64,000 nt of DNA from Nageia nagi. Taxonomy: Eukaryota; Plantae; Pinophyta. Positions 51,501-64,000 of the stretch are shown piece after piece (position 1 is the stretch's first letter; each line of letters opens with the position of its first letter). The stretch covers positions 3,596,001-3,660,000 of the forward strand of contig JBITNC010000002.1 in assembly GCA_050084985.1 (NCBI GenBank). The letters run 5' to 3'. The notes beneath the pieces are model-generated. The model made no database searches and was not told the DNA's origin. It saw nothing but the letters and a program-made list of their open reading frames with translations. The position numbers were made by a program, and so were the translations under genes.

Positions 51501-53532
51501 TTATGTGTTTGTCGCTTGATCACTCCAATCGACCAACTTGGTATAAGAAGACACTACACGATTCACATTTGAGTGCTTTACCAAACACTTCTACTTCTAG
51601 ACCAAGGACACGTAGCATGGCTCAAGAGAAAATGAATCTAGCATTAATAAGCTCGATGGTGAATAGTCTTAAACTTGAGACGATTCATGAGGCCCTTGAT
51701 TTACCCCATTGGAAATCAGCCATAAAGGCTAAGTATGATGCCTTGATGAGAAATGGCACAAGGGAGTTAGTACATCTTCCACCAAGGAAGAAGGCTGTTG
51801 GGTGCAAGTGGGTGTTCAAGCCAAAGTACAAAGTTGATGGAACACTTGACATACACTACGCCTGATTAGTTGCAAAAGGATATGCCCAAGAGAAAGGCAT
51901 AAATTATGAGGAGACATTTGCTCCCACAACCAAGATGAATACCATCAAGATTGCTTTTGCAATGGCTACACATTTTGGTTGGAAAGTGCATCAAATTGTT
52001 GTGAAGAGTGTCTTCCTCAACAAGGACTTGGAGGAAGAAATCTACATGCAATAGTCTAAAGGATTTGTTGTTGATCTAGGCAAAGGAAAAGTATATATAT
52101 TGATAAAGTCTTCGTATGGTTTAAAACAGGCTCCTAGAGCCTAATACATTAAGATTGATGAGCACTTACTAAAATATAGCTTTGTTAGGAGTCCTTATTA
52201 TCCTAATCTCTACCTTCAACAAAATGGGTTTGTGATACTGATAGTTATGTCCTGGAGTACAAGAAGAATATAAATTCTTTCTGATTGGATACACTGTTGC
52301 GGATTACAGAGGATCCTTTAATGATTGAAGATCAACGATTGAATATATTAGTCCTTGGATCTAGACTGATTTCTTGGAGTTGCAAGAAACAAAGTATCAC
52401 ATCAAAATCTATCACAGAGTCAGAATACCATGTTGTTGTAGATGTTGTTTGTGAGGCAATATGGTTACATCACATTTTGACAAATATTGGAATACCACAT
52501 AGTAAGCCTACCATTTTGTATTGCAACAATCAAGATGTACTAAAATTGGTTTGCAATCCTATTTTTCATGAGCACATCAAACATATTGAGAATTTGAGAT
52601 ACAAATGCACTTCATTCGTGACCATGTTTCACTACTCAACATTCAGCTTCATTGCATTTCCACAAAAGAGCAAGTTGCAAATGTTTTCACTAAATCTCTT
52701 GATTATGGAAAGTTTGAATGCTTTCGAAGCTTCCTCTCATGTTCTTTGAAGACCTAATGAAAACCACATCATTGCATTTTCAAATGTTTCACTACTTAAC
52801 AATACATTAGTTTTTAAATATAGATTATTGGTTAATTATAGGGTAGTGGTTAATTATAGTTATATGTTATTTTTAGGAACCCTTTTCTATTTTTAGTTTC
52901 TCTTGTATTTATACTTGATTAAGGAATGTAATAAAGCAAGTCCCTTATTCCAATCTTATAGGTGAATTTAGGCCACTCAGACTCGATCGACTCTCTAACG
53001 AAAAAAACCATTAAAAATTGCTTTTGAGGATCAAACTTTAAAGGATCGACCTTCAGAGAATCAGGATCAGCCTTCAAAGGATTCCAATATTCTTGATATT
53101 GTTTTTGAGGATCTTGAAAGTCTAGCATAGGAGTTAGTAGCAAAGCAGGAATAGCAAAGGGCACAAGAAGAGGTAGTTGGATCCAATTCCATATATTAAG
53201 CACAAAGGGTGCTCATAGCTTATAGTAGGACAAAGGGGAAAAGCAAAAACGAAAAATTGAAATTTGTTGCCATCATAGATTGTGTGATTTTGTATTTTGC
53301 AGCCATCATAAGCTCATTTTGTACTATGAAGTTTCAACATTTTGATTAATACAAACATATGCCCCTTCCTATTTTCCATTTCTTATTTGTAATTATGTAC
53401 ATTGTAAATTGTATAATTTGATGTTACATTTTTTTTTTGCTGAGTCCAGCAATGTTCCTTTTTCCAAGTCTTGGGTCCAAGCCCCGAGGGAACCTTGGTG
53501 AGTCCAAGGAGAGTCCGAGTTTGACAACTATG
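48566..53532. mobile_element. hAT-like non-autonomous element interrupted by a Copia
   Basis: TIRs CCTAGTTGTCAAACTC (48566) and GAGTTTGACAACTATG (ending 53532), 15/16 match. GAGTC/GACTC subterminal repeats at 48600, 52980 and 53440-53520. TSD degenerate. Confidence 0.7.
48623..52960 (+). mobile_element. Decayed Ty1/Copia element with short (about 160 bp) LTRs in PUB intron 3, antisense to the host gene
   Basis: LTR 48623-48781 and about 52801-52960; PBS TGGTATCAGA at 48782. Gag, integrase (HLRVFGS..YMHIP), RT (KAVGCKWVFK) and RNase H (ISWSCKKQ..ESEY) fragments. Confidence 0.9.
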
Positions 53533-54205
53533 TTAATCATTGTCCAACATAGAAATGAGGATAGATATAGAGAGTGTTTCAATGTTTGTTCCCATGCATA
53601 AGCACAAGAATGATCTAATGAAGAATAATCATACAAGATGTGATGCATTTATGAATTTTTGGAAGTGTTGGTTGTGTTAACGATGTATGCAAGACCATTC
53701 CAGTTAACTGATGTGCTTAACATATTCATTTACTGTATGTACTTTTTGGTTCAAAACATTTTGAGTTGTTTACATGGTTTTTCTTTATTCAATAGTATAC
53801 AAATATTTCTATATTAGTCAGGTCTTAGTATCCTTTGGACAGTGCTAATTATAGATAAGAATCAATTTTATATAGACAATTCTTGTATTGTGGTAAATTC
53901 CTTTCTGCAAATAAGTGTTTGTATGTTTCCACAGGATAGTTTATCTTTTCAAATGTGAGGCTTCAAGTTCCAAGTCTTCTTAACATTGAACTGAGTAGTT
54001 ACATCCCAATCCAGAGAAATTCTTTGAAGATGACTATTTTGTGTATTTTACAACACTTTTGAAGCTGGTTTTTTCAAGTTCAACATGTAACAATTGAACT
54101 TAGTACCATGTATAAACATGGAACAGAAACATATATGGTACACACATAACCTGAAATGGATTTCACTTTCATTTTACTGGTCAATAGATATGTGGTGAGT
54201 CTTAC

Positions 54206-54500
54206 CTTCAACCAGTCGTGATACGAGTGGCTTCATTATATTAGCTTCTGCCATTGTAATAACATCACTATCACTCTTTGGCAAATTCTCAAGTATAACA
54301 CTGACATTTTCTGCAAACTCCTCTTCATGAATAAGAGTCACAAGAAACAGAACTGCATTTCGTGCATGACTTATATTTTCAGCTATATCTTGACTTTCTG
54401 ACAATAACCTCATCAAGTATACAGCTTGTGGAGCCTCCTCCTTTTGTCGTGCAAGGCAACACACAATCAAATCAATGATTCCAGCTTCCACCATAATCCC
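54206..54500 (-). CDS. U-box/ARM E3 ligase, exon 3
   Basis: Acceptor ttttacag|GGG (54501/54500), donor GAAG|GTAAG (54206/54205), 295 nt. Encodes ARM-like VITMAEANIMKPLVSRLVEG. Confidence 0.92.
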
Positions 54501-56947
54501 CTGTAAAAACACAAAAAAATAGCATACAGGCTTTCATCAGAATGCATATCACAATTTACTGGAGGTATGTCCCCTAAAATTGCAATGCAATTCAGCCCTC
54601 AAATGCAGAATTGAAAACTATACTTTTAAAAAAATTATAAAATAACTTCAATACTTTCTATGAATCATGCAAAATATTGAGAGGCTTATGCATCCTTCCT
54701 AGCAGAAGATGGAAGACAAATGGTCATTTCTTTCATTTTATATAAGAAAGTACATCATAGGGAAACTGTTGAAGAAACTTAAACAAATGCAAGATGGTGT
54801 GAACATACGATGTCAAAAACTGACCAGTAATTGTAAACAATTGCAATAACTTTCATTCTGTTACGAAATAAAGCAGCTTTATTGTCATAAAAAGAATTGA
54901 AAACTGGTCTGCAGTCATACTATTAAAATTTCTTAAATTCAAAGAGTAAATATTTCATAGAAGAATTGAGAATTGTTCAATGCTGTTCTAACAACACATA
55001 GATCCAAAACTTCTAATTATGGTTCAAAATCAAGATACTTATGCACCAAACATTGCATAATTTTTATCTTCCAAATTTTTTCCAATGTACATCTAGTGAT
55101 AAATTGATAATATCCTAGATGATAGCGAACTTTAGCTTTAGTGCATCCTAGGCAGTGTCTTAATGCCCAAGTTGCTTGCTTATTTCTAAACACTCAAGAA
55201 TCATAAATTTTAAACAAGTCTATTCAACTCAATATTACTCATACACATCACTAATATTAGCAGTTTATAACATACCCTATAACTATAAATCCTTCAGAAA
55301 AGATTTAAGGGCAAAGCCAGGCATCTTGTAAAACACTTTAGAGCTTCACTGTTGCATAATTTGACAAATACCCTAATTATAAACATCAAGATCTTCAAAG
55401 GGTTCAAAACTACTCGTTTTTGAAACTCCAATTACTAAAATGGCATGTTTCAGTGCATCATATGATATACCATTCAAAATATAAGTTTGAAATAATTGTA
55501 CAGCACTTATCTACAACTTTTAATACTCAAGCAAATTTTGTTCCAAATGCAAAATTTATGAATTGTATAACATAACCAACTTTCAGGAAAATGGTATTAT
55601 TATCTACAGTCTCACAAAGGATAGCCTTCAGAATGTAAGGTATCTTTTTTTTATGGTTTTTGCAAATAAATACCAGTACCTATATTGTGAGAAAAATCAT
55701 CTGCAACTCATGTATTTATCAAGAGATAAAATACAGCTTAGCATGCAACACAAATCAAAACTACACATGTAAAAAGCTCCCCCTTGTATTCTTGATAAAT
55801 AATTAATGCCTACTAATAAGCATACAGTAGTTTATATGATAGAGAGATATTTTATGTTCCCTCAAAAGATACACAAAAGTTTTAGGCAGACACTTTTTAC
55901 CTCAAAATCAGTCAATAGTTTAAAATATTAATATTTGACACTTCCACGCCTGCATCAGTTAATCAGATTGAATCCCTGTATATATTATATCCAATACACT
56001 GTATGCTATTAAATCACTTCCCACTTTGTCTGTGGAGCTATATAGAAGTAAAATTGCAAGGGGAATTTCAAAGACAGGATTGACAGCAAAGATGCTGCTC
56101 AATTTGTCAAAATGTTTGACAAGATGTTTTTTGAAAGTTCCTTTGTTGCATTAATCTCCCAAATAATCCTCAAGTTATTTTCAACCTCTAATGTGAAACA
56201 GCATACCAGGTTGCACTAACCTTGACCATAGTATTCTCTTATCATATATGAAATATGTCCAACCTCCATAGTGAAAGAACGCAAATCTCTTCTGCCTAGA
56301 AGAAAAATTCCACATCTCACTCAACAGCTTATTTTAACAAAACGGAAGACTAACCTTGACAGATTCAACGAGCATTTTGTCTATTGTCAGACTTTCTAGG
56401 TTATTTTTGGAATGATCTTTTTGCACCCATTCACTTTTCCAGGTTGAGAGAGACCTCTTAGACAAGGCTGTCTCATGATTACTAAAGGAGAATGAAACAA
56501 CAATTCCAGTTCAGATCAACAGCTTTATAATTCCGCTAAGACATCATTGGTTTAATGGTAATTTATCAAGTTACTGAATGCACAGTGTTTTTTTGTATGG
56601 TTCGTAATAGTAAATTTAATGTATTCATTTTCTTTAACATCTGCGTATAAAATAATAAATGGTTACTCAAAAGACAAGTATCATTTCAGATAAAGAGCAC
56701 TTGGACTCAAATGGAGACGAAATATAATTATAAAAAACCATGTGTATATTGTAAGTGAATCTGATATCTAAGAGAAGTGAGAAATTATTGATTGAAACTA
56801 GCTACTCCCTATGGAAAACTTGAGCGCATTCACATTTGGTATGATTTTCTACTGCAATAAAATTAATTTATCAGTAGCTATTGATGTTCCATTTTCTTTA
56901 TAAGCAAATTTCAGAAGAGAAAGAAAGTGAAACTGCATTTCAAGAAC

Positions 56948-57917
56948 CTGATTTTCATGGTTGTCTTTTGCAAGGACTGATAGAGTAGAGAATGCTTTGA
57001 CAGCCAAATTGCTGGAAGCTTTAGTCAACTTCACAAGCCTGGGTATGAGACTCTTATTGGCCACTTTATACTTATTTAAAGATTCCTCTTCACACAAAGC
57101 TTGCAAATCTTGCACTGCCTTTAACTTCTCCTCTTCATCACTCTCCGAGTTGGTGAGAAGTTCATTTGCATTTTCTAACCTGATACTATAGTTTCTCTCT
57201 CTCCATTCTGCAATTGACTGTTTCAAAGCAAAATTTGGTTTCATCTTCTTGTTCTTCAACTCAACCCCTTTTGGGCACCTGGTATGACCTTCTTCAAACC
57301 ATCGCTCAATCGCAGCTCGCTCATAGGTCTGTCCTGATGCAATCTGCACAGGGTCCTGCATAACATCCTTGGTAATTGGACAAATAAACGAGTGCAAAGG
57401 AAGCATAGGAATGTCCCTGTGGGTTGCTGTTCTGCCATGATGAGTAGACTCAACCTTATCATAAGAATCTGTCCTAAGAGGCTTACGCTTTGAAGCAATT
57501 GCCCTCTCTAGCAGAACAATGAACTGTTCCAAATACAGAGAGTATACCTTTCCTCTAAATTGTACAGCCTCAGCTTTCTCCGCCTTCAACTTAGCCAATT
57601 CTGTGGAAAAAGCACCACTGTCCAATGGAATCCTTAAACTATCAGCAATTTGCTCTGCAAACTTGTTGCTGAGGGAGTAATCCGAGACGATTGAATCAAG
57701 AGCGCCATCCTCAAAAGAATTGCAAAGAATCTGATCCTTCGATTCCAGTTTTAGTACCCCCTTTTCTATCAACTGTTTAGCTTCAGAAACATGGAATTTC
57801 AAGGCATCAGAAGAGCCATCCAATATCACATTTTCAAGAAACACTCTTGAATTCTTTGCACAGCTCTTGACTTGATCGATTATGGTTAAGCAACAGGTCA
57901 ACAAATATAAGGAAGAC
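56948..57917 (-). CDS. U-box/ARM E3 ligase, exon 2 (end of N-terminal UND region and U-box)
   Basis: Acceptor gttgacag|G (57918/57917), donor CAG|GTTCT (56948/56947), 970 nt. U-box PLHSFICPITKDVMQDPVQIASGQTYERAAIERWF...CP...PNFALKQSIAEW. Confidence 0.93.
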
Positions 57918-58691
57918 CTGTCAACAGGAAAACTATTCAGAACATAAGTCTTTTCAAAGTTTAGAAATCCTAACAAATGCTCTTCATTAACGCCAACACA
58001 CAAGAAACCACGAAATGCATTTTTCCTTTTCAAAGCTTGCAAAATTTCATAAATCTCTTCAAGCAGTGAATTTCCAATTTTTATCATTATGTCCTTTCGT
58101 GTTCACTTGCGTAAATGCAACATGTATAATCAATCTTTAGAATCGCACTCTGCAATCCTTCACAGGATGAGAAAATAATTTTCAATTCCTAAGTTCTATG
58201 ATCACCTGAAGCTTTTGGAATTTTCTTCAGATGATATACACATTTGAAACAAAAATGATTGGAATGTTGCATATATTGCAATAAGCATATATTTCACAAA
58301 AACTGAGATGGATCTACAACTAAGAACGGAAAACAAAATACAGTAATTGCAATAGGCATAAATTTCAAAAAAACTGAGACGGATCTTCATTTTCAAGCAA
58401 CAAAATATCTAAAAAAAAATTCAAAATTGGCTTTCATCTCAGGAAATTGACCTGATTTTTTCGTTCATGTGGAAAATTCTTGGAAATAATTCAATGAAAG
58501 TGAGGAATCTGCAAATATTTGTACTATAATTTATCGAAGCTTAATCCACAAGGAAAAATACGCAAACAAAAGGGCCCATTTTTAAGTTGTAGGGAGCATA
58601 TGCGGGTTTGAATCTTAACTACTCCACGGCTCTAACAAAAATTTTCACTATACTAACAACTAAAACATTTGAAGAAAATATATAATTTTAC

Positions 58692-58990
58692 CTCCCAATT
58701 GTTTCCTGAAGAAGGTTTTCAGCGGATTGAACTTGAGCCTCCATCTGCTTTGTATCCAAGGCCGTATAGTCCACGGGCATACTTTCTACATCCTTTTGCA
58801 GCTCTTTTAAAACCTGCGCTAATTCTAGCAGAAACCTTCCAAATTGCAAAAGAATCCTACTCACAACATGTTCTTTCTCATGGCAAGCGTCCTCTGCTAA
58901 TTTGGCTAACCTACACAGTTGTTTGTTCATATTTTTGGCCCATTTCGCGATCTCAGCAGAAGATGAGCAAGAATTCTCACTCATCTCCAT
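58692..58990 (-). CDS. U-box/ARM E3 ligase, exon 1 (start codon, N-terminal helical UND-like region)
   Basis: ATG at 58990 with an in-frame TAG upstream. Phase-2 donor GGAG|GTAAAA joins exon 2 to give ETIGRSSLYLLTCC, resembling the S.LYLL..C motif of this PUB clade. Total CDS 3063 nt. Confidence 0.85.
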
Positions 58991-59106
58991 AACTTTTGCA
59001 GCTTTGAAACTCTAAAGATTTTCAGAGCTTCAACAAAATTTATACTACGCTGTTCGAAATCAAGAACACTACTGCCCTTGAAATAGTCCGGTAAGGCTTC
59101 TCTTCT

Positions 59107-59196
59107 CCGGATTCGAACCCGGGTCAATCGGATAAACCATTGACTGGGTATACATTCAGGGTATTTTACAAGTGTTGGATTTTGATGGCATTGACT
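59107..59196. promoter_or_regulatory. PUB 5' region: W-boxes and a B-box-like near-palindrome
   Basis: TTGACC on the minus strand at 59122-59127; TTGACT at 59140-59145 and 59191-59196; CCGGATTCGAACCCGG at 59107-59122. Confidence 0.45.
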
Positions 59197-60789
59197 TGCA
59201 GAGATGAATCAGTGTAGAAGTCGTGGATGTCACATTCACCATTATTGAATATAAAACAATCTAATCTCTCTGTGCTGTTGTAATTATTGAATATCTGATT
59301 ACTCACTGCTCTGATCTCAGTAGTAAGGTAAAAAAACAACATCATCTGTAAGAGCTAAATCTTTTGAAAGTCTTTCCAAGGTATGGAATTAAAATGACAA
59401 TGCAATTCATAAATATAACAAGAAGTCCAGATTAAGTGGTGCTATAGATAACTAGCATTTCCTTGGTGATGTGATGTCTATCATGCCAACATTCTAAGAT
59501 TTGTTTTAGTTACAATAATAAACACTTCTTTAAATTCATCTTGGTTATATGAAATAAGTTAGAAATGGTAAAAACATTTTTGAAGATACAAGAATTTAAA
59601 TAAATATTAATAGAGACTAAAATTAATGCAAAGAGAATCCACTTCTAAAGTGTTATGGTGAGAGAATTTGAAATAAGTTTGTCACAAATAAATTTCAACT
59701 AAAAAATATATAAGATGATTTTGATCATGGAAATGATTAAAATTATTTGAAGAGACACTAAATATTTGTGTTGAATATAATTATGAAACCATTGGTTGGA
59801 ATCAAATATTAAAATGAACTTAAAAACTTCAAATCATTTGAACTCAAAGTTGCATTTTGGGGGGTTGGGGGGTGGGGTTGGGTTGGGTTGATCAAAGCTC
59901 TTCAAAACATCTTTCTCTTTCTTAATATATCTTATTTGGATGATTTTTTCGACATGTATGTATGTAGAGGGAGAGATGGTGATGCGATCTATAGAAGGTT
60001 TATGCATTTTTTTTTAAGAATTTTAAGTAAAGAGAATAATGCATTACAATGTATGTTAGTTGTGTTTCTATTTTTGATAGCTCTAGAGTCTAGTTGACAC
60101 CTTTATGAGTTTGTGACCATCCTACAATTACATGTTAAATTAAAGCAATAAACTTTTATCCATGGGCATATATCAAATTCATCTTTCAATTGAATTTTTA
60201 AAACAATTTTTTGGTAATGGTAAATTTATATTACGAGCATTTTTTATACAAGCTCTCAAAACATTGTTTTACAAAAAGTTATTAAGATATTCCATGTTTG
60301 AGCAATGTGAAGCCTCATAACAATCCTATAATCATCTTACCCAGTTTTACACATAATTGGGTACCATGCTTTACTACAACCAACCCTGTAATCGACATTT
60401 TCAACTATTCTAACTAAATAGTGAATATCAATCTCTTGATGGCGAATTTTTTAAAACTATTTTATCCTTCTTAATTGAAAAAGAGTTTTAAATTTACTTT
60501 TTTGTAGGTAAAATATTTTTTTGACCGTTTTATAATGGACAAAAATATCTTTGACAAGAATTGGTAAGGTCAAATTTGATCGTTGCCCAAGACCTTAATG
60601 AACAACGATTATATAATTTGAGTACTGGTCCATATTATGTTCTCATTATTTTTCTTGCCCAACATTGGGCTTCTCCTCATTTTCCTCTTCTTTACTCTCA
60701 TCCTTAACATATCAAGCATTAAGATCCATAATATCAAGGATTATTTATTGAAAGATATTATAAGGTAATTGATCATATTAAAAGGTCTC

Positions 60790-62265
60790 TAGCTCAAGTG
60801 AACCATAAGATATTGTTTAAGAATGTTGTTATAGCTCCCAAGTTTATGTTAGGTATCTCAACGATATATTCAATAGTCCAAAGTGATGGTAAATAATTTG
60901 AATGTTTACCAATCATTGTAATTAACAAAGTCCTTAGGAAGATTACAAGAATAATCCACTTGTATTGATTTTATTTGTTTATTGCTAAAGAATTACCTTA
61001 GACACAAATAGATATATCATAAATTTGATCTAAACATGATTAGTAGTATCAACTTTGAATCCATGGTTATTTTTCTCAAATCTAAGTATCTAATATAATC
61101 AACATATAATTTAGGCCTATTATAGTCTATGCATGTAATATCCTCCATTATTCTATGATATCATAAGCTTATGGAAGAGTTCCTCATTGATTAGAACTTC
61201 ACAATCGAGATACAACACTCCATGATGGAATCAAACCATAAGCATAAGCATAAGTTTGATACTATTCAAATGTATTGGAAGTAACATAAGTTTCAAAGGG
61301 TATCTTTACTCAATTTGAATATATTTGAGATTCCTTCATAATTATGCACTTACATTAGTAAACAATCATTGTCTCTTGCATAGTTTTAGTATCAAATATA
61401 TGGGTGGTAGAATTAACTATCAATGATATTGATGAACATTGTTCACGATAAAAATCACTCATTTAAATAATGCCTTTCAAAGTAATCATTGTTTAAATGT
61501 TAACCGTTAAATGGGACTATATTAGTTGCTTTAGTTGATTACCTTCTTTCTTCTTCACATGGAATTTATTTAAAAGGACCATGTTACTTCACATAATGTC
61601 CATCTTTAACCCACTAAAATCACCTACAAATAGTGGCACATGAATGTTACAATAAACTAATTTCTTAGTTGAAAGACTAACAATGAAGGGGAAAGATCCA
61701 GACTAAGAGAGAGCAAACAACTTATGATGTTTAAAGGGATACACTTAAGAATCCTTAGAATCACACCTGGAGAGGATGATATAAAAATAATAAAGGAAGG
61801 ATACATTCAATTTTTTATCACTTTCCATGATTAATGCACTACTTAATAACATAGATAAGTTGTGTGAAAATAATAAAGGAATTATGCATAATGTAGCTTT
61901 TGATCACTTACTATGATTAATGCACTACTTGATTAGTTGATGACATAAATAAGGTATGCGTGTATTGGGGGGTGATAATTGGAATTCATTATCAAAATAT
62001 TATTATTCTAATTAGACATTGACATATATAGATATAACTAATACAGATGAAAAAGAATGATATATAGTGATTGGTATAATATAAGTACTTAGTAGAACAC
62101 ATAAAATAACAAATATGGCTAATTCAATTCTACGTAAATCATCTACACAAATTATATACAATAAATTTTCACAAGATTTAGTTAGCATGCTAATCCTAAT
62201 AAGACTTAAGGCAATTATCATTCATGAAGGTTAAGAATAAAGAACCATCGAATTATTGCAACAAA
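60790..62265. repeat. Upstream segment duplicated at 39208-40490 (probably old TE-derived DNA)
   Basis: Colinear homology starting ctagctcaagtga, with an about 200-bp indel near 61770-61970. Confidence 0.8.
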
Positions 62266-63980
62266 GCCACTTCACTAGTCTTGATTTGATGATTGATGAA
62301 TGGAATTAACCATTAAACTTTTAATTTAGGATGTTATTTAAATTCTAGATCATATGAAAAGACTGTGTAGTCTTCATTCAACTATTTTTTAATAAATTAA
62401 TCATGTTATCCTTCCTAACATTTTTCTTCCCAATTGATCTCCATTCTACCAAAAAATATAATCTTCCATTATAACCAATGTTTTGTGAGCGAAATGAGAG
62501 AAGCCCAAAGCTAAAGAACCATATAAAAGTATATTAATCAAGATACAAAAGATATATCAAGTAAGACATTTTAGAAAATAAAAAATAAAGGACACAACAT
62601 TCAAGATGTATTGGGTCATATCCTTAAATCATTTATTAACTTGATGGATATTAAAATAGTCGTAACCTATAAAAAAATTAAAATCAGCCCTAATAGCCAA
62701 AATATATTTTAGTCAATCATTTAAAATTTATGACTCATTATATGTTATGTAATAAATAAATAACTATATAATAATATGTTATATATCTAAGTAACCTTTA
62801 CAGGTTACGAAATAATACTATAACATAAAATCCTCTTTATTGCATTATTGGAGAAACAAGAAAGGTTGGCATAATAATGTAACATTATTCACATTGTTGT
62901 TGTAAGGAGAGTTGGGCATCAAGTCAAGTAAGTACTATAATCTACAAACTTAAAACCAAGAATTCTACAAGAAATAATATTTTTTATTGTAGATTAGTAA
63001 TTTTGGTTTACAATAAAGAAATAGAACAATTATAAATCTACTAACATATGGTGCAAACCACTTATCAATATTATCGGAGTAATATCAAGAAAGTATGCAC
63101 TTGATGTGAGAAATGAGCAATCCTTAATATGTGACACAATATGCAGAGGATTGGATTGAATATGGGATCAAGTTATATGGATATTCAATGACCTGAATCT
63201 ATCCTTGACCTCCTTTGGATCTATCACTCTGGATCATAAAGAGTAACAATGGGAATGTCATAGTTATAGTCCTTGTACTTTATGCATGTTGTGGATTTTA
63301 TAGTATGAAAGCTGATAATAAAGATTAAAAGTGACATAACCTCAAAGCATAATAGATTCTTAGATAGGTTGCATTGACAGACACCGTAAGTATATTATGA
63401 TGTATGGAAAACCACCTATCAAAGAGATTTGATTCTCAACCTCCAACTCCTCCTTTTATAACCTGGAAAAACATAGAAAGAAGTAAAAATTGGCCTATAG
63501 TAATAGAATATAATCTTTGTAATATCAAGATATTTTTAGAATAAATCATAATTAATGATATTGCATTGTACTTAGCACATGATATAGCATTATAATAACA
63601 CATTAGCCTTGATTCTTGTAATATTGCAATTTATTATTTTGAAATTACTAAATATGATTTATTAATTAATAATAAATCAATTTTATATATCTACATTTAG
63701 TATATAATAGAATGAAGAAAGTTTTCTTTATTAATATATTATAAAGAACTATTGAAACATGGTCATCATAGCCATATGTCCCTACGTCATAGATATTCAA
63801 CTATATATTATCTAAGATTTCATTAAAAGATTAAAATGAACCATTCACCTATAAGATATATAGAATAAACTTATGCTACCGAATTATTAATCTACTCAGT
63901 AATTAAATTTTAATATTCATAATCAAGTGCTTACCTTGATTATAGGTCAAACTTAAACGACAGCCAAACATGATAATGAT

Positions 63981-64000
63981 TATATATATATATATATATA
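63981..64000. repeat. (TA)n microsatellite at the window end
   Basis: Seen directly. Confidence 0.9.

Larger units (their letters stand above)
48168..53549 (-). mobile_element. LTR (48183-48565 + 53533-53549) with PBS, split by a nested hAT-like element and a Copia; contains a 94-bp tandem repeat (starts 48253 and 48347)
   Basis: ctctgatacca at 48169-48179 is the reverse complement of the PBS. Homology to the solo LTR at 46642-46812 resumes after 53532 (aatcatt..tccaaca). Confidence 0.6.

Noticed and set aside
58669-58992. 107-aa plus-strand ORF antisense to PUB exon 1, also present at 38428-38751
   Set aside because: It starts at TTG and mirrors the real exon. Its presence in both copies is explained by about 95% DNA identity; no independent support.

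Overview
AT-rich, CpG-depleted plant nuclear DNA that is mostly old transposable elements (TEs). A 10.6-kb TE-filled intron and the divergent LTR pairs suggest a gymnosperm-type genome (inference only). There is one apparently intact gene: a 4-exon, minus-strand U-box/ARM E3 ligase of the SAUL1/PUB43/44 type (CDS 58990-58692, 57917-56948, 54500-54206, 43642-42144; 1020 aa, all GT-AG, phases consistent). A truncated tandem copy of its promoter, exon 1 and intron 1 lies downstream (about 37795-40490). A divergent, intron-containing YTH (ECT-like m6A reader) gene at 26871-28561 keeps its tryptophan cage but carries a stop and a frameshift. TEs include a full-length decayed Copia with a TAAGT target-site duplication (TSD), a Tat-type Gypsy remnant, LINE and SINE copies, and several DNA transposons. 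The most notable structures are: (1) a three-LTR non-autonomous retroelement whose LTR-LTR junction resembles ligated cDNA ends (2-LTR-circle-like); (2) a Pack-MULE carrying a pectin methylesterase catalytic fragment; (3) an ORF1-only L1 with an intact 16-bp TSD; (4) a TIR element with an unusual 4-bp TSD; (5) three-tier TE nesting inside the PUB intron; (6) gene-less, CpG-retaining, motif-dense islands at 1.8-7.1 kb. All alignments and translations were done by eye and no databases were searched.
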